From: a virus
Virus record (IMG/VR): IMGVR_UViG_3300042465_002544
Span: 7,052 to 71,051 of that record
Length of the DNA: 64,000 bases
Direction: 5' to 3' (one strand)
Shown: piece by piece, positions 11,401-21,840 of the stretch
Layout: every line of letters begins with the position of its first letter
How positions within the stretch are numbered: the first letter of the stretch is position 1
The notes under the pieces: generated by a model
What the model saw: the letters and a program-made list of their open reading frames with translations, nothing else
The model's database searches: none
What the model was told of the DNA's origin: nothing
Translations under genes and position numbers: made by a program

Positions 11401-12618
11401 GCTGGTATTGGCTGGAACATAAATAAATCATCTGGAGATTTTTCTGGATATGTTGTAGAAATAGAAGAGGTTGGCACTATTGATGCTGCTTCTTTATTAG
11501 ATGCAAAATATAGAAACTTAAGATTTTATAGAGTAAACTCAAATAACACTATTAAGTTTTTTGGAAATGCTTGGGTAAATGTTTCTGGAACGCCAAGCGA
11601 ATATATGGACTTTGGTTCAGCCGTTGCAGATGCTACTCAAAAAGGAAAGTCTTACGCAACCATTTTTGACTTAGAGGTAACTATTAGAAAAAGTCCAAAT
11701 AAGCAAAGAACCTACTATGAGGTGTCTTGGGAAAATCAAGTAGTTCTAGAGGCTAATGAACTCACTTCTGACATTCTTTCAGAAAGGCAAAACATTGCCT
11801 TGCTTACAAGAGGTCCTTCCGCAGCAATATATGAATATGTTTATGCTTTTTCATCTCCAGATGATGTTACTATTCCAAATTCAAGTTCTTTTGTTACAAA
11901 AAGTTCTAACGTAACTGCCTCACAACTAGCTGCTAGAGGGTTACTACCAGATGTTATTAAGATAAATACAGACTCCGATAAAGCTATTGAACTAAAGGGA
12001 ATATTCGAAGATTTTGGAAAGATGGTTAGAGAGGTTAAAAAGTTTGATGTTAGGTATCAGTATCCTTCTTTAAGCCCAGCACTAGTAAGCCTAGCCGAAT
12101 ATAATCCAAACTATTATATATCAGACTTTACAACATCTTCTTTTGGATCATCCTTCTGGGTATATAATACTGCAAACGGTGCTATTCAAATTGATGAGTC
12201 AGCATTTACCCCTCTTTATGTTTCTGCTTTTACCCTTAAAGAAATTATGCCAGGAACTTTACAGTCTAGCAAATATGTTGAGGTAGCACAAGAAGATAAA
12301 ACCCTAACGGACGGTTTTGATTTAAATAGACAGACTTACGGAAAGCAAGAAATAACTTTATCTGGAGCATATATTAACAACTTGGATCAAGCAAGAAGCC
12401 TTGCTGACTGGGTAGTATCAAATGTTTCAAAAGAAAGAAAAACTATAAATATAGGAATTTTTCCAATACCTATTCTAGAACTTGGAGATAAAGTTGGTAT
12501 TTTGTATAGCGACAAGTTATATATGGATAGCAATAAATCTTATACTGTTACATCAGTATCTCATTCAATTACCCAATCTGGTCCACAGATGAATATTGAA
12601 GTTAAGGAGTGTATCTAA
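8470..12618 (+). CDS. Large minor tail (baseplate hub/tail tip) protein
   Basis: 1382 aa; position in tail operon; C-terminal hub-like YGKQEITLSGAYI...LELGDKV...YTVTSVSH. Confidence 0.7.
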   Translation: MLSTGNSNLDKLIKNEIASKSSLDSVHQVIAEWNYNAYTEMDSIGCFKTNAVDSASFDDGVQTETYTSDNNTVVAEPDIKRIKYTPLKDIFGINRPNPGIIHSVYNNLASNNKKPLNGDADPLTISRIFNMISEDTRLYPMSRNSQYRYWNSARKVNKTLVGVSALDKNINHAAPFIKYKTEISANKIVVKTQKHLGYPLAYRIDTFDGANWSTAYEATGTSKQIQSLSHTNGYYTFVMPSDHGIKYLDDVLLSRNGLYYTVSAVSENNVTFYSPLDIAGITAGDTLTVTNMYDGKIDIYYDPENGGSWGRYTPYLYNADEKTVTDFSTTNNQTKKIKGLRFVATKMSESYIPLEVIELSPRLVADITNTVISFDVNSSIGQSQYGLPVGTIISSSGSLKLSNTERFFNKNNENSILKDILRPNVQVKLYQKMTITGINYRFPLKVMYTGMWNESQDMTVDTQLEDYFKFFREMSAPDLMSANASGIPTSVAILLLLDNIGFNAYKFQKTSNDADHEDVILDYFYCKKEQTVLEVLEAIAVSTQTSIYIDYDSYADNEIIAMTKERMLASKENKDFWLIGNDGTTTKNLDFFGGAVTEVDFISNISSFQENIEAPVTDINVQYAGIGLEKASVLLRGLDMDKKKDILEGPTFGASADGRDLRYARDKVWTPSTNKDNPENYLAASGLISNMSNVAPKTLFSNTVKNAQNKYDAIREFYKVAGAPESMCIYLDKELINTFTNSYSGYILVETELIRYEGIRFLIFNPVTKKASRKILFSKEEYSFERSRLGQGGSIEPEALIVYLEMKSKNLTLPQKEFTVVSDGRGQKNTKVESHKGINTAKEFLSTNPEWTKFGGQLYGDNAISTGIVDAVKASNVVDTQIGNASIGESGTVKSAVGYLKLTAPPSSISGREKSSIKESTSIKRNLPMNSVSEQIITGIVRDVNTPIRKIGTRMRLVSSVPKNVNAGEKLIKDGIIAGIGWNINKSSGDFSGYVVEIEEVGTIDAASLLDAKYRNLRFYRVNSNNTIKFFGNAWVNVSGTPSEYMDFGSAVADATQKGKSYATIFDLEVTIRKSPNKQRTYYEVSWENQVVLEANELTSDILSERQNIALLTRGPSAAIYEYVYAFSSPDDVTIPNSSSFVTKSSNVTASQLAARGLLPDVIKINTDSDKAIELKGIFEDFGKMVREVKKFDVRYQYPSLSPALVSLAEYNPNYYISDFTTSSFGSSFWVYNTANGAIQIDESAFTPLYVSAFTLKEIMPGTLQSSKYVEVAQEDKTLTDGFDLNRQTYGKQEITLSGAYINNLDQARSLADWVVSNVSKERKTINIGIFPIPILELGDKVGILYSDKLYMDSNKSYTVTSVSHSITQSGPQMNIEVKECI

Positions 12619-13727
12619 TGGCTGGAACAGGAGCAGGAGGAAAACAGTCTAATAATTCTGGAACAGAAACAGGAGGAAGACAAGGAAGTGAAAATTCAGG
12701 TAAAGATATAGGTAATACTGCTGGTGCAACATCAGAATATTCTTTTTACCAAAATGTAACTTATGGTGCAACACCATATGGACTTCTTAATCCAAGCCAG
12801 CAAACTCTATATGGTGTTCTTAAGCAAAAAGTTGCATATGGCGGTCTTAAAGCATTAAATACAAAATCTATGCAGTCAATAGGTCAAGTGTTTGACCAGA
12901 ATAACTCTAACACCTATCAATCAGCTGGAGAAAGAATAAATCCAGTAATTGTTAGCTCTATACAAGATATTAAAGATAGGGTCGGTAGTGCAAGCCTAGC
13001 AACTACTGATCACGGAAGAGAGGGTAATGCAAAGCTTCCTACTGGTATGTATCGTGATACTGGACAAAATAGATATTATTTAGTATTAGATAATAAACAA
13101 AAAACAAGTAAAAATCCACCATTAATTGGTGCTACGCCAACAACTTCATATCAGTTGCCTGTTGTCAAGCCAGAGATAAATCCAAATCCTAGTCCTCAAA
13201 TAGATTTTCCTAAAGCTAGGAAACAGAAAAAACCAGATGAAGATTTAATCTTTAATTCTCCAGACTATAAGGCAACTTATGAAGAAGTAATTAGAGAGAT
13301 GTCTCTTTCTTTAATTATGGCAGGAGACGATATTATATCTAACTATAATTATGAAAGCATTGACTCTTTGCCAGATATTGATGTTGAAATTAAAATTTCA
13401 GGTGGAGAATATCTAAACGCAAAAGAAGTAATTGATAAAGGATTGGGAGGTGAAATACTACAATCACTAATAGATGGAAGCATATCAAGTGAAGAGGCTG
13501 AAGCAGCTAATAGAATATTACTTTACTTAGAGGGTCTTATTGGAGAAGAAGCTACCTATTCTCAAAAAATGAAGTACTTTGGAAAGCTTTCTCCAAATAA
13601 CTCTTCATTTACTCCTGGAGTTGCTAGAGATGGAGACTCACTACTTATTGACTTTAATGTTGATTTGCCAGATAGTTTTCAGATTCCTGGGGCAAATGAA
13701 ATAAGGGTTAGATTTGATCCAGTTTAG
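12618..13727 (+). CDS. Putative virion/tail protein
   Basis: ATG overlaps the upstream TAA; within tail operon; Gly/Ser-rich N-terminus. Confidence 0.55.
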   Translation: MAGTGAGGKQSNNSGTETGGRQGSENSGKDIGNTAGATSEYSFYQNVTYGATPYGLLNPSQQTLYGVLKQKVAYGGLKALNTKSMQSIGQVFDQNNSNTYQSAGERINPVIVSSIQDIKDRVGSASLATTDHGREGNAKLPTGMYRDTGQNRYYLVLDNKQKTSKNPPLIGATPTTSYQLPVVKPEINPNPSPQIDFPKARKQKKPDEDLIFNSPDYKATYEEVIREMSLSLIMAGDDIISNYNYESIDSLPDIDVEIKISGGEYLNAKEVIDKGLGGEILQSLIDGSISSEEAEAANRILLYLEGLIGEEATYSQKMKYFGKLSPNNSSFTPGVARDGDSLLIDFNVDLPDSFQIPGANEIRVRFDPV

Positions 13728-13743
13728 TGCTAAAATATAGATT

Positions 13744-14742
13744 ATGAATGGTATTTATAGAATTTACGAAGATGGAAAATTAATTAGAGAAGTTAAAAAT
13801 AAGCTTACCTTGCTTGGCAGGTCTAATGCACTTAGTACAATGCTTGGACTTACACAATCTTTTGCAGGATCTCTTGGAGTTGGCATATCTTCTTTATCTA
13901 ATTCAGATACTAAAGTTTTGCCAACAGGTGCTGTGTTTTTAAATATGACAGACTTAGACTATGGAGTAGGAAAATATCCAGTTACATCCACAAGTCTTGG
14001 TCAGGATTCAAGCCAAACAAAGGATGCACTTGTTTACACCGCAAGAATAACAGATCCAAGTAGATATACGATTTATGAGCTTGGTCTATTTAGTAATCAG
14101 ATAGCAGGTTCTGTTGATGTTGATGCACTTTCATTGCTTGGGTTTGAGGGTGGTGACTCACTAAAGGAAACTGTATCTTCTGTAGATTATTATTTAGACG
14201 ACACAAACTCTACCTATATCGCAGGAAGAAAGGCAACGTATGAAACTAATAATACCAACTATAGAATTGGATCAAATGCCGTAAAACTTTTGTCTGGATA
14301 TTCTGTATTTATTAGTGATTCTGTTTTTAACTTAACAAACTTTTATTCTCCAGATAAACTTAAACTTGCTTTTTATGCAACAGGAACAAGCGTAGTTGTA
14401 AAGGTAAGATTTTATAATGGGGCAAATAACAACGCAGAATTTACATTTAACTCTGGGGCTGGTGTTGTCAACAATGCATATAATGTTGTGTCTTTATTAA
14501 AATCACAAGCAGTTATTACTGGAACTATGGATTGGTCGGTAGTTGACAAAATAGAAATATTGGTTTCTGGTGGAACAAATGCAATTCTAGATGGATTAAG
14601 AATTGAAAAAACAAAGCCTATTGATTCTATTGATGGTTTGGTATCAAGAGCGGTGCTAGATTCAAATACTAAGATTGACAAACAGGCAGGAAGCATCATT
14701 GACATTGAATACCTACTTACATTTGATTTGGATGCTGGATAA
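13744..14742 (+). CDS. Minor tail protein
   Basis: 332 aa; tail operon; N-terminal GIYRIYEDG...KNKLT and ELGLF motifs typical of tail-fibre attachment/baseplate proteins. Confidence 0.6.
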   Translation: MNGIYRIYEDGKLIREVKNKLTLLGRSNALSTMLGLTQSFAGSLGVGISSLSNSDTKVLPTGAVFLNMTDLDYGVGKYPVTSTSLGQDSSQTKDALVYTARITDPSRYTIYELGLFSNQIAGSVDVDALSLLGFEGGDSLKETVSSVDYYLDDTNSTYIAGRKATYETNNTNYRIGSNAVKLLSGYSVFISDSVFNLTNFYSPDKLKLAFYATGTSVVVKVRFYNGANNNAEFTFNSGAGVVNNAYNVVSLLKSQAVITGTMDWSVVDKIEILVSGGTNAILDGLRIEKTKPIDSIDGLVSRAVLDSNTKIDKQAGSIIDIEYLLTFDLDAG

Positions 14743-15914
14743 TGCCTATAAATCTTAATGCTTTGGGATTAATTCCTTCCACTCCATATAATGTTTCTAT
14801 TACTATGACAATTGGAGATAGAGAGATTGACAGTTTAAGGTCATTTTCTTCTACCACTCCTCCTATTTTTAATAAAAATCTTGTAGACTATGCTCCACAA
14901 AGTGCTATTATAACTAGAAATTTTGTAACCACAAGAGCAGCTCGTGCTGCACAAAATGATGTTGCTATAACAGGTACTTTTAAAATTCTTTCTATGGCAG
15001 CAAATTTTACAGGAAAAACTGTTGAGGGTACTAAGGTTCCAAAAAAATGGAGTGGTGGAGGACCATTAAATCAACAAGCACCAGTAATTCAATTAAAGTA
15101 TAAGCTAGACAAAGATCTTACTAATGCAATTGTAGTTTCATCAAATCCTTCAGATATTGCTAAAAAATATTTATTAACCCCATTGACAGGTGCTCGAACA
15201 ACTAAGAAAAAAGTTGTTTCAGTAGAGGTATCGGCAGCTGAACTTGGGTGTAAATGGAGTTCTATTCATAAAGAGTGGACTGGTGGAGTAAGAGGTGAAA
15301 CATTTTGGAACAAGGGAAATAGGGATAAAAAAGGATTTGGTAAATATTTAACAGCCTATAAAGGAACTGGAGCATTCGGTGGGTCAAAAGATATTCCAGC
15401 GGTTACTGGAGTTAAAAGCCTTACAAGCAAACTGAGAACTTCTGTAGATCCAGCTGTTACACAGCTATTAGTTAATGGAGAAGAAATAAAAGATGTTATT
15501 TATTTTCTTTATTCTGACTCAACAAGTAATCCTCCAGCAGAAAGTAGCTATATCTATTTAGACTCATCTTTTGTAGCAGCAAGCGGAGTAAACACAACTA
15601 CACAAGGCTGGACAAAAGCTTCAGGTAGAAACTTTAAGACTGGTTCAACTTATAATTTTCCAACATATTCAAACGCTGAGATATCTGCAAGAAGAGTAAT
15701 CTCTCAGTCCCTAGTTGATGCAATAGTTTTTTCTAATACGTCTCAACAAGTAGATAGCGTAGAGGGAGAAGTTGATGGTTCTTTATCTTATCCTCAAAAT
15801 GTTAATATAGCCTTTACAATTATAAGATATACTCTTACTGGAGACTCTTGGGCTCCTTCGTGGATTGGAGGGGAAACTAAGATGTCTTCACCAACATCGG
15901 CGGTTATTACATAA
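14742..15914 (+). CDS. Putative virion protein
   Basis: 390-aa ORF translationally coupled within the tail operon. Confidence 0.55.
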   Translation: MPINLNALGLIPSTPYNVSITMTIGDREIDSLRSFSSTTPPIFNKNLVDYAPQSAIITRNFVTTRAARAAQNDVAITGTFKILSMAANFTGKTVEGTKVPKKWSGGGPLNQQAPVIQLKYKLDKDLTNAIVVSSNPSDIAKKYLLTPLTGARTTKKKVVSVEVSAAELGCKWSSIHKEWTGGVRGETFWNKGNRDKKGFGKYLTAYKGTGAFGGSKDIPAVTGVKSLTSKLRTSVDPAVTQLLVNGEEIKDVIYFLYSDSTSNPPAESSYIYLDSSFVAASGVNTTTQGWTKASGRNFKTGSTYNFPTYSNAEISARRVISQSLVDAIVFSNTSQQVDSVEGEVDGSLSYPQNVNIAFTIIRYTLTGDSWAPSWIGGETKMSSPTSAVIT

Positions 15915-18900
15915 TGGCAACAAATATAGAATTTTTAAGTGGAGTTTCAGATAATGCTAGAAACTTTTCTGTTATGCATGAGCAATTATCATCTATAAAT
16001 TTTAGTGGATCTTTTGGAAAAACAATAACAACTAAAAAAGTAAAAAACCTTGAGCCTGGAGAAGTAATAATCAGTTCAGATCCAGGGATAGCAAACTCAA
16101 ATGAAATATATTTAGTTTCTTTTTTAGACGAAGATACTATAGAAGATGGTTCAACCATATACTATATTTATTATTTAGACCAGGGAACCGCAGATCAAAA
16201 AAAGTATACTGTTGGATCCTCTGAGTCAGATTTTAGATATACTGGAGAAGAAGACATAACTGTTGAGGTTGAAGATCCTTTAAAAGTAGATCCAGGTTCA
16301 GCTGGTTGGGCTATTAGTAAATATGGAAACGCCGTATTTTCCAATGTTTATGTTCGTGGAGAAATTGAAGCTACCTCTGGAGAAATATCTGGCTCTCTTT
16401 CAATAGGACAACAGGGTCAGAGTAACATTATTTTAGGCAGTGGAGATTTCTTAGATAGTGATAATTTAACATACTATGGGTTGCTAATAAATCAAAACAA
16501 CTACTTGCTTTCTTATAAAAAAGAAACTGTTCCATTTTCAATATCACAAATTCAAGTTATAGATACGGACACTATAGATTCTTCAACAAGCCTAGTTACT
16601 TTAAATTTAGATAATTCTTCTGGAATATTTACAGGAGTTGGATCAGAATTTTTAGAGCTTTATGGATTTCAAGGATCTTTAAGTTTTTTAAATAATTCTT
16701 GGGGAATTGCTGAGGTTACATCTTCATCTGTAAAAATTAATGTTCCAAGAGTTTTAGCAGGAAGCCATACTTCTTTTACGGTTCAACCACAGGCAAAACC
16801 ACTTGTTTTAAATAATAGATTAAACATAACGAGTGTTTCTATTGCAAATTCTCCAGTAGTAAGTGTTTATTCTGCAATTTTTACAGCAGTGGGTCATAAC
16901 TATGAAGAAGGAACCAACATTGTTGTTTCTGGAATTACAAATGCAGCTATATTAGGTTTAAATAGTGTTTTTTCTGTAGCATCAGTTAGTGGAAATACCT
17001 TTAAAGCAATAAATGTATCTGGAAATGTTGGTACATATACGACTGGTATAAGTTCCGCCTTAGTTGATAACGTCCTTGCCTTTGAAGATGAAACAAAATT
17101 TAGAGCTGGAAGTGCTGATAACTTTATGTCATATAGCAGTGAGCTAGATAAATTAATTGTAACTGGTGAAATCGTTGCTGATTCTGGTAATTTTGCTGGA
17201 GCTTTAACTGTAAATAATGGAACTATGAAATTTGGTAAAGGCGTTACAACAGGAAAAGATGGATTAAGGATTGATGCAAATAATTTCTGGTATTCAACTG
17301 GAGAGTTTAATGTTGGTGGGTCAGGTGGTATATCTTATTCTGGAACAGGAAATGTAAATATTGGAGGTGGTGTAACTGTAGGTGGAGATATTTCTACAGC
17401 AACAGGAACTATTACTGGTCAAACCTTTAGGACTTCATCAACCGCCACAACAAATGGTGTCATCTTTGACTCTGCTGGTGTTCGTGGATATAATTCAAGT
17501 GTTAAAAAGTTTGATTTAACATCATCTGGTATTCTTACAGTAACTGGTGCAAATGTTACTGGAGCAATTAATGCAACATCTGGATATATTGGTGGAGAAA
17601 GTTCTGGTTGGCAAATTACAACAGATACAATTTCATCTGTTGGCGGTACAAATAAAGTCTATCTTATTAATGGAAGTAACCCCAAGATATCAATTTCATC
17701 TAACAGTGCATCAAAAGGTTCATTTATTGCAGGAGATACCCCATTCTATGTTGATGGCGATGGAAGACTTTCTCTTGGAACCCAAATGTATTTTGATCCA
17801 AATGATACACAGTCTTTTGGCAAGTTAACCGTAATTGGAAGAATTTCTGGTGCTATTGATAACGTAACAACTGTTCCAACAGATAGCAATACCTTTAGTG
17901 TAAGTCAGGCTGTAATTTCAGGAACAAATCAAGCAGTGCTAACAACCACAGCCACCCATTCTTTTACTGCAGGAGATACTGTAGTTATTGCTAGTTTAAC
18001 TGGTAATGCAGCTGTTGCAAATGGGGCTTTTGTAGTTTTATCTTCTCCAGCACCAACCTCAACAACTTTTGCAGTAACTGTTTCTAGCGGTACTAATGGA
18101 ACAGTAAGTGGTCAAACTGGTACGGCAAAAATAAGAGAAATGACACTAGGTTTACATGCAGCACTAAGTGGCTCTCCTGCTGGATATGGCATTAGATTGG
18201 ATGAAAATAATTATTGGTTTGTTAATAATCAGTTTAAGGTTGGAACTAGCGGATCATATTTTTCGTGGGACGGTGCAACTCTTGAAGTAAAGGGTAAGGT
18301 AACTTCAACTGATGGTGATATTGGTGCTTGGACACTATCTAACGAGGAACTATATTCAGACATTAGTGATACTGGAAATACATATAGAACTGGAATTAAG
18401 GCTGCAACTGGTATTGGTGGTGGCACATATACCCCATCTGTTTTTTATATGGTACATGATCATAATAATGCAAATACAGAGCCAGAATGGTCTGAATCAC
18501 ATACCCCATTCTATGCAGATAGCAATGGAAGATTTTCACTAGCAGATAGATTCTTCTTTGATCAAGATGTTAATGGTGCATTATCACAAACAAACCTAAC
18601 AATTTATTCAGATGGTGGAAGAATCGGTGGAACTGCTGCAGATGATAGAGGATGGAGTTTTGGAAATGGTCTTTTGTATAGTGGAAATGGAACAAGTTTT
18701 GTTTCATTGGCAACTCCAGGAGCACTTCCAGACACAAGCCTAGCAAAAAATATGACTGTAACTAAAATGACGGTTGACTCAGAGGGCGATGGATATTCTA
18801 GTATTTATATTGAACTATACCTAGCCGATATGATAACCCTATTGACATCAAAAACTAGTTATACTTCAACACAGTTGTTAGATCAAGCTACATACTCTCA

Positions 18901-19477
18901 GGCTTTAGCCGAAGTATTTTCTAATGCACAAATAAAATTTTCAAATGGTGAAGGTGCAACTACTACCCCACTAAAAAATATATTTGATACTGCCTTAAAC
19001 ACAAGTTTAACGGATTTAGCAAATAGATTTCTTATTGTAAGAAATGTTTATTCAAATGCTACAAGCTTAAGTGGATCCTTTAATAATCGTGCAAATATTT
19101 TAGATGGATCAAGTTATATTTCTTCAGATAAAAAAATAAATCTTGTTATTTATGGTGAAGATTATGGTCTAGGAGCTACAGTTATTGATGAACAAGTTGT
19201 TGCAGGTAGCAATGGTTATCCATCAGATTCAATTGCACAAGTTTATTTATCTTCAGATAACTTGCAAAACAACGAATATGTTTTTTGGGCAGGAAATCCA
19301 TTGGCAACAGAAGCACCAACATATATTAAAAACACAGGAGACATAAAGGCAAGAGACATCATAGCTGATCATACAATATCTACTAGCATGTCCTTAGCAG
19401 GACACCAAGTATTTATTTCTGCTACCAATCCAGCTGCAGAGGCTGTAGCTGGCGATATATGGATTGATATTTCTTAG
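15914..19477 (+). CDS. Tail fibre / minor tail protein
   Basis: 1187 aa, Gly/Ser/Thr-rich beta repeats (GEIEATSGEISG, GAINATSGYIGG, GDIGAW); C-terminal GDIWID. Confidence 0.7.
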   Translation: MATNIEFLSGVSDNARNFSVMHEQLSSINFSGSFGKTITTKKVKNLEPGEVIISSDPGIANSNEIYLVSFLDEDTIEDGSTIYYIYYLDQGTADQKKYTVGSSESDFRYTGEEDITVEVEDPLKVDPGSAGWAISKYGNAVFSNVYVRGEIEATSGEISGSLSIGQQGQSNIILGSGDFLDSDNLTYYGLLINQNNYLLSYKKETVPFSISQIQVIDTDTIDSSTSLVTLNLDNSSGIFTGVGSEFLELYGFQGSLSFLNNSWGIAEVTSSSVKINVPRVLAGSHTSFTVQPQAKPLVLNNRLNITSVSIANSPVVSVYSAIFTAVGHNYEEGTNIVVSGITNAAILGLNSVFSVASVSGNTFKAINVSGNVGTYTTGISSALVDNVLAFEDETKFRAGSADNFMSYSSELDKLIVTGEIVADSGNFAGALTVNNGTMKFGKGVTTGKDGLRIDANNFWYSTGEFNVGGSGGISYSGTGNVNIGGGVTVGGDISTATGTITGQTFRTSSTATTNGVIFDSAGVRGYNSSVKKFDLTSSGILTVTGANVTGAINATSGYIGGESSGWQITTDTISSVGGTNKVYLINGSNPKISISSNSASKGSFIAGDTPFYVDGDGRLSLGTQMYFDPNDTQSFGKLTVIGRISGAIDNVTTVPTDSNTFSVSQAVISGTNQAVLTTTATHSFTAGDTVVIASLTGNAAVANGAFVVLSSPAPTSTTFAVTVSSGTNGTVSGQTGTAKIREMTLGLHAALSGSPAGYGIRLDENNYWFVNNQFKVGTSGSYFSWDGATLEVKGKVTSTDGDIGAWTLSNEELYSDISDTGNTYRTGIKAATGIGGGTYTPSVFYMVHDHNNANTEPEWSESHTPFYADSNGRFSLADRFFFDQDVNGALSQTNLTIYSDGGRIGGTAADDRGWSFGNGLLYSGNGTSFVSLATPGALPDTSLAKNMTVTKMTVDSEGDGYSSIYIELYLADMITLLTSKTSYTSTQLLDQATYSQALAEVFSNAQIKFSNGEGATTTPLKNIFDTALNTSLTDLANRFLIVRNVYSNATSLSGSFNNRANILDGSSYISSDKKINLVIYGEDYGLGATVIDEQVVAGSNGYPSDSIAQVYLSSDNLQNNEYVFWAGNPLATEAPTYIKNTGDIKARDIIADHTISTSMSLAGHQVFISATNPAAEAVAGDIWIDIS

Positions 19478-19486
19478 GAGGTTTAA

Positions 19487-21616
19487 ATGGCAACTCAAAA
19501 TTTTGGCGTAGCAGGTGGTGGATATTCTAATTTAAGAGGAATTAATCAAACACCATATAGCGTTGGATCATCTGTAGCTTTTGCAACAAACAGAGTTGTT
19601 CAGCAAGTTTCTATTCAAATTGCTGGTGCAGGTGCAACATATAAAGCTAGAGGTGTATTATGGAACTCAACTGGATCAGCAGTTCTTGCACAATCAGCAA
19701 ATACAAATATAGCATCAGATAACACTCCACCTTTTAGTCTAAAAGATTTTAATATTCCAAATACATACGTTCCAGCAGGAACATATTATGTTGGTTTTTG
19801 GAGAGACTCAACAGAGAGAGTTGAGTGGGATGTTCAAAATGGAAGCAACACAAGTAAAACTTCTGGAGGGTCTGGTGCAGGTAGCAGTGCTGATGCACTA
19901 GATTCATCTGGAACTGGAACTGTATATAGAAGGCTTATTGGTAGAATAACTTATATAGATGTTGTTGCTCCGCCCGAATCACCAACCTTTAATGCAGCAG
20001 CAGGAACTAACTCTATTGCAATGTCTTCTATAAATATTGTTAATGATGGATCTAATGGCTCAAACCCAGCATCATGGGCAATTTCATGGGAGTACGCTAC
20101 AAAAACTTCATCAGCAACAACTTGGTCAACTTGGACAGCATTTACTCCAACTGCTTCAAGCACTCATAGCGTTACAGGGCTTGCATCTGGAACAACTTAT
20201 GATATAAAAATTAGATCAAGAAATCCTGTAGGATACAGCCCTGAGTCTGTAATAAAAACAGTAACTCCATATGGTGTTGCTACTGTTACTGCAGCAACGC
20301 TAACATATGACTCTGGAACAAATTCTAATACAATCGCTTACTCTGCAAATAGAAACTATGGAACTATTAGCACAGTAAGAATTGATCGTTCTGTAAATGG
20401 TGCAGCTTATACGACTCTTTCGTCTAGCATAACAGCACCAGCACCAGATCCTTCTACAAATCAAACAATATCTGGTTCATATGTAGATTCTGCAAGCATT
20501 ATTCCTGGAGGCACATATACTTATAGAGTTTATGTAACTAGCCAAGCAGGTTTGAGTGCATTTAAAGTAACAAATACTGTAACAACAATTACAAAACCTT
20601 CTGCACCAATAAACTTTACTGCAACATCGATTAATCCAACATCCATCGGGGTCTCATGGGCAGCCCCATCAGATACTGGTGGAAGTGCAATACAAAAGTA
20701 TACGCTGTATATTGATTCTACCCAACTTGTTCCTCCAGTAAATCCACAAGATCAAGTAATTGGATTTACTGTAAGTAAAATTGTTGTGGAAGATAATGGC
20801 GGAGATCCAGTAGATGGATATTATTCTACGATATATATACATGCAAGCTATTCAGATTTAGATAATTTAATTTTAAATACTCTTACTAACTATACAGCAC
20901 AAGACCTTTTAGATCCAGTTGTATATGATCAAGCAGTTACAGAGTTATTTTATGCCTCAGATGAGTTTGGAGATCCAATAAGATATATAAAATTTATAAA
21001 TAGTCCAACTCAAAATTTATTTAATACTACATCCAATCCAAATTTAACACAATTAGCAGGTTTAATGTTGCCCGTTCAAGGTGCAGATAGAATTGAAGCT
21101 ACAGGATTTGATGTAGACGGATTGGTAGAATTTGCTCTTGATCCATATGACGTATCAGAAAAAACTGTAGTATTTGAAATTTGGGGAGAAAGCGTTATTT
21201 ACTATTTGCCTGTTGCAAATGAATTTATTACAACTGGTAGCAATATTGGTAAAACAGTAACATCCTATCTTCCACCATCACAAGTAGCAGTGCAGTCAAG
21301 AGCAATTGTTAGTAACAATATATCACCATCAACATTTTCTTATAACATAACAACTGCATATGACTCTGTAAATAATCTTACTATTAATATAGAGCCAAAT
21401 ACTAGCTATAGTCTTGGAGTGTATGCAACAAATACTGTTTTAGATGGAACCCCAGCTACACTTGCAGTTACTACAATTGGTGGTCTTCCAAAAATTTATA
21501 TAAATGATGAGTGGGTATATGCTAAAATTAAGAAGAGAAATGCTACCAATGATGGATGGGATAATGCATATATTAAAGTTAGAAATCCAACGGATACTGA
21601 CTGGACATATATCTAA
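19487..21616 (+). CDS. Fibronectin type III domain virion protein
   Basis: FN3 motifs VTGLASGTTYDIKIRSRNPVGYS and PSAPINFTATS..SIGVSWAAPSDTGGSAIQKYTL; AGGAGG RBS. Confidence 0.75.
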   Translation: MATQNFGVAGGGYSNLRGINQTPYSVGSSVAFATNRVVQQVSIQIAGAGATYKARGVLWNSTGSAVLAQSANTNIASDNTPPFSLKDFNIPNTYVPAGTYYVGFWRDSTERVEWDVQNGSNTSKTSGGSGAGSSADALDSSGTGTVYRRLIGRITYIDVVAPPESPTFNAAAGTNSIAMSSINIVNDGSNGSNPASWAISWEYATKTSSATTWSTWTAFTPTASSTHSVTGLASGTTYDIKIRSRNPVGYSPESVIKTVTPYGVATVTAATLTYDSGTNSNTIAYSANRNYGTISTVRIDRSVNGAAYTTLSSSITAPAPDPSTNQTISGSYVDSASIIPGGTYTYRVYVTSQAGLSAFKVTNTVTTITKPSAPINFTATSINPTSIGVSWAAPSDTGGSAIQKYTLYIDSTQLVPPVNPQDQVIGFTVSKIVVEDNGGDPVDGYYSTIYIHASYSDLDNLILNTLTNYTAQDLLDPVVYDQAVTELFYASDEFGDPIRYIKFINSPTQNLFNTTSNPNLTQLAGLMLPVQGADRIEATGFDVDGLVEFALDPYDVSEKTVVFEIWGESVIYYLPVANEFITTGSNIGKTVTSYLPPSQVAVQSRAIVSNNISPSTFSYNITTAYDSVNNLTINIEPNTSYSLGVYATNTVLDGTPATLAVTTIGGLPKIYINDEWVYAKIKKRNATNDGWDNAYIKVRNPTDTDWTYI

Positions 21617-21657
21617 TCTTAAGGTATAATAATAAAGAGTAATTATAAGGAGAAAAA

Positions 21658-21840
21658 ATGTCACAAGATAAGACACTTGAACTAGTTGTTCAAGAATTAC
21701 AAAACCGTATTGGTCAAATTACTAGCCAGTATGAAACACAACTTGCTGTACTTAAAGCACAGGCACAACAGGCTATTGAAGCAAAAGATGCAGAAATTGT
21801 ATCACTTAAAACTCCAGCCAAAGAGGAAAAGTCTAAGTAA
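21658..21840 (+). CDS. Small coiled-coil protein
   Basis: 60 aa with heptad pattern; AAGGAG RBS; upstream GGTATAAT. Confidence 0.65.
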   Translation: MSQDKTLELVVQELQNRIGQITSQYETQLAVLKAQAQQAIEAKDAEIVSLKTPAKEEKSK

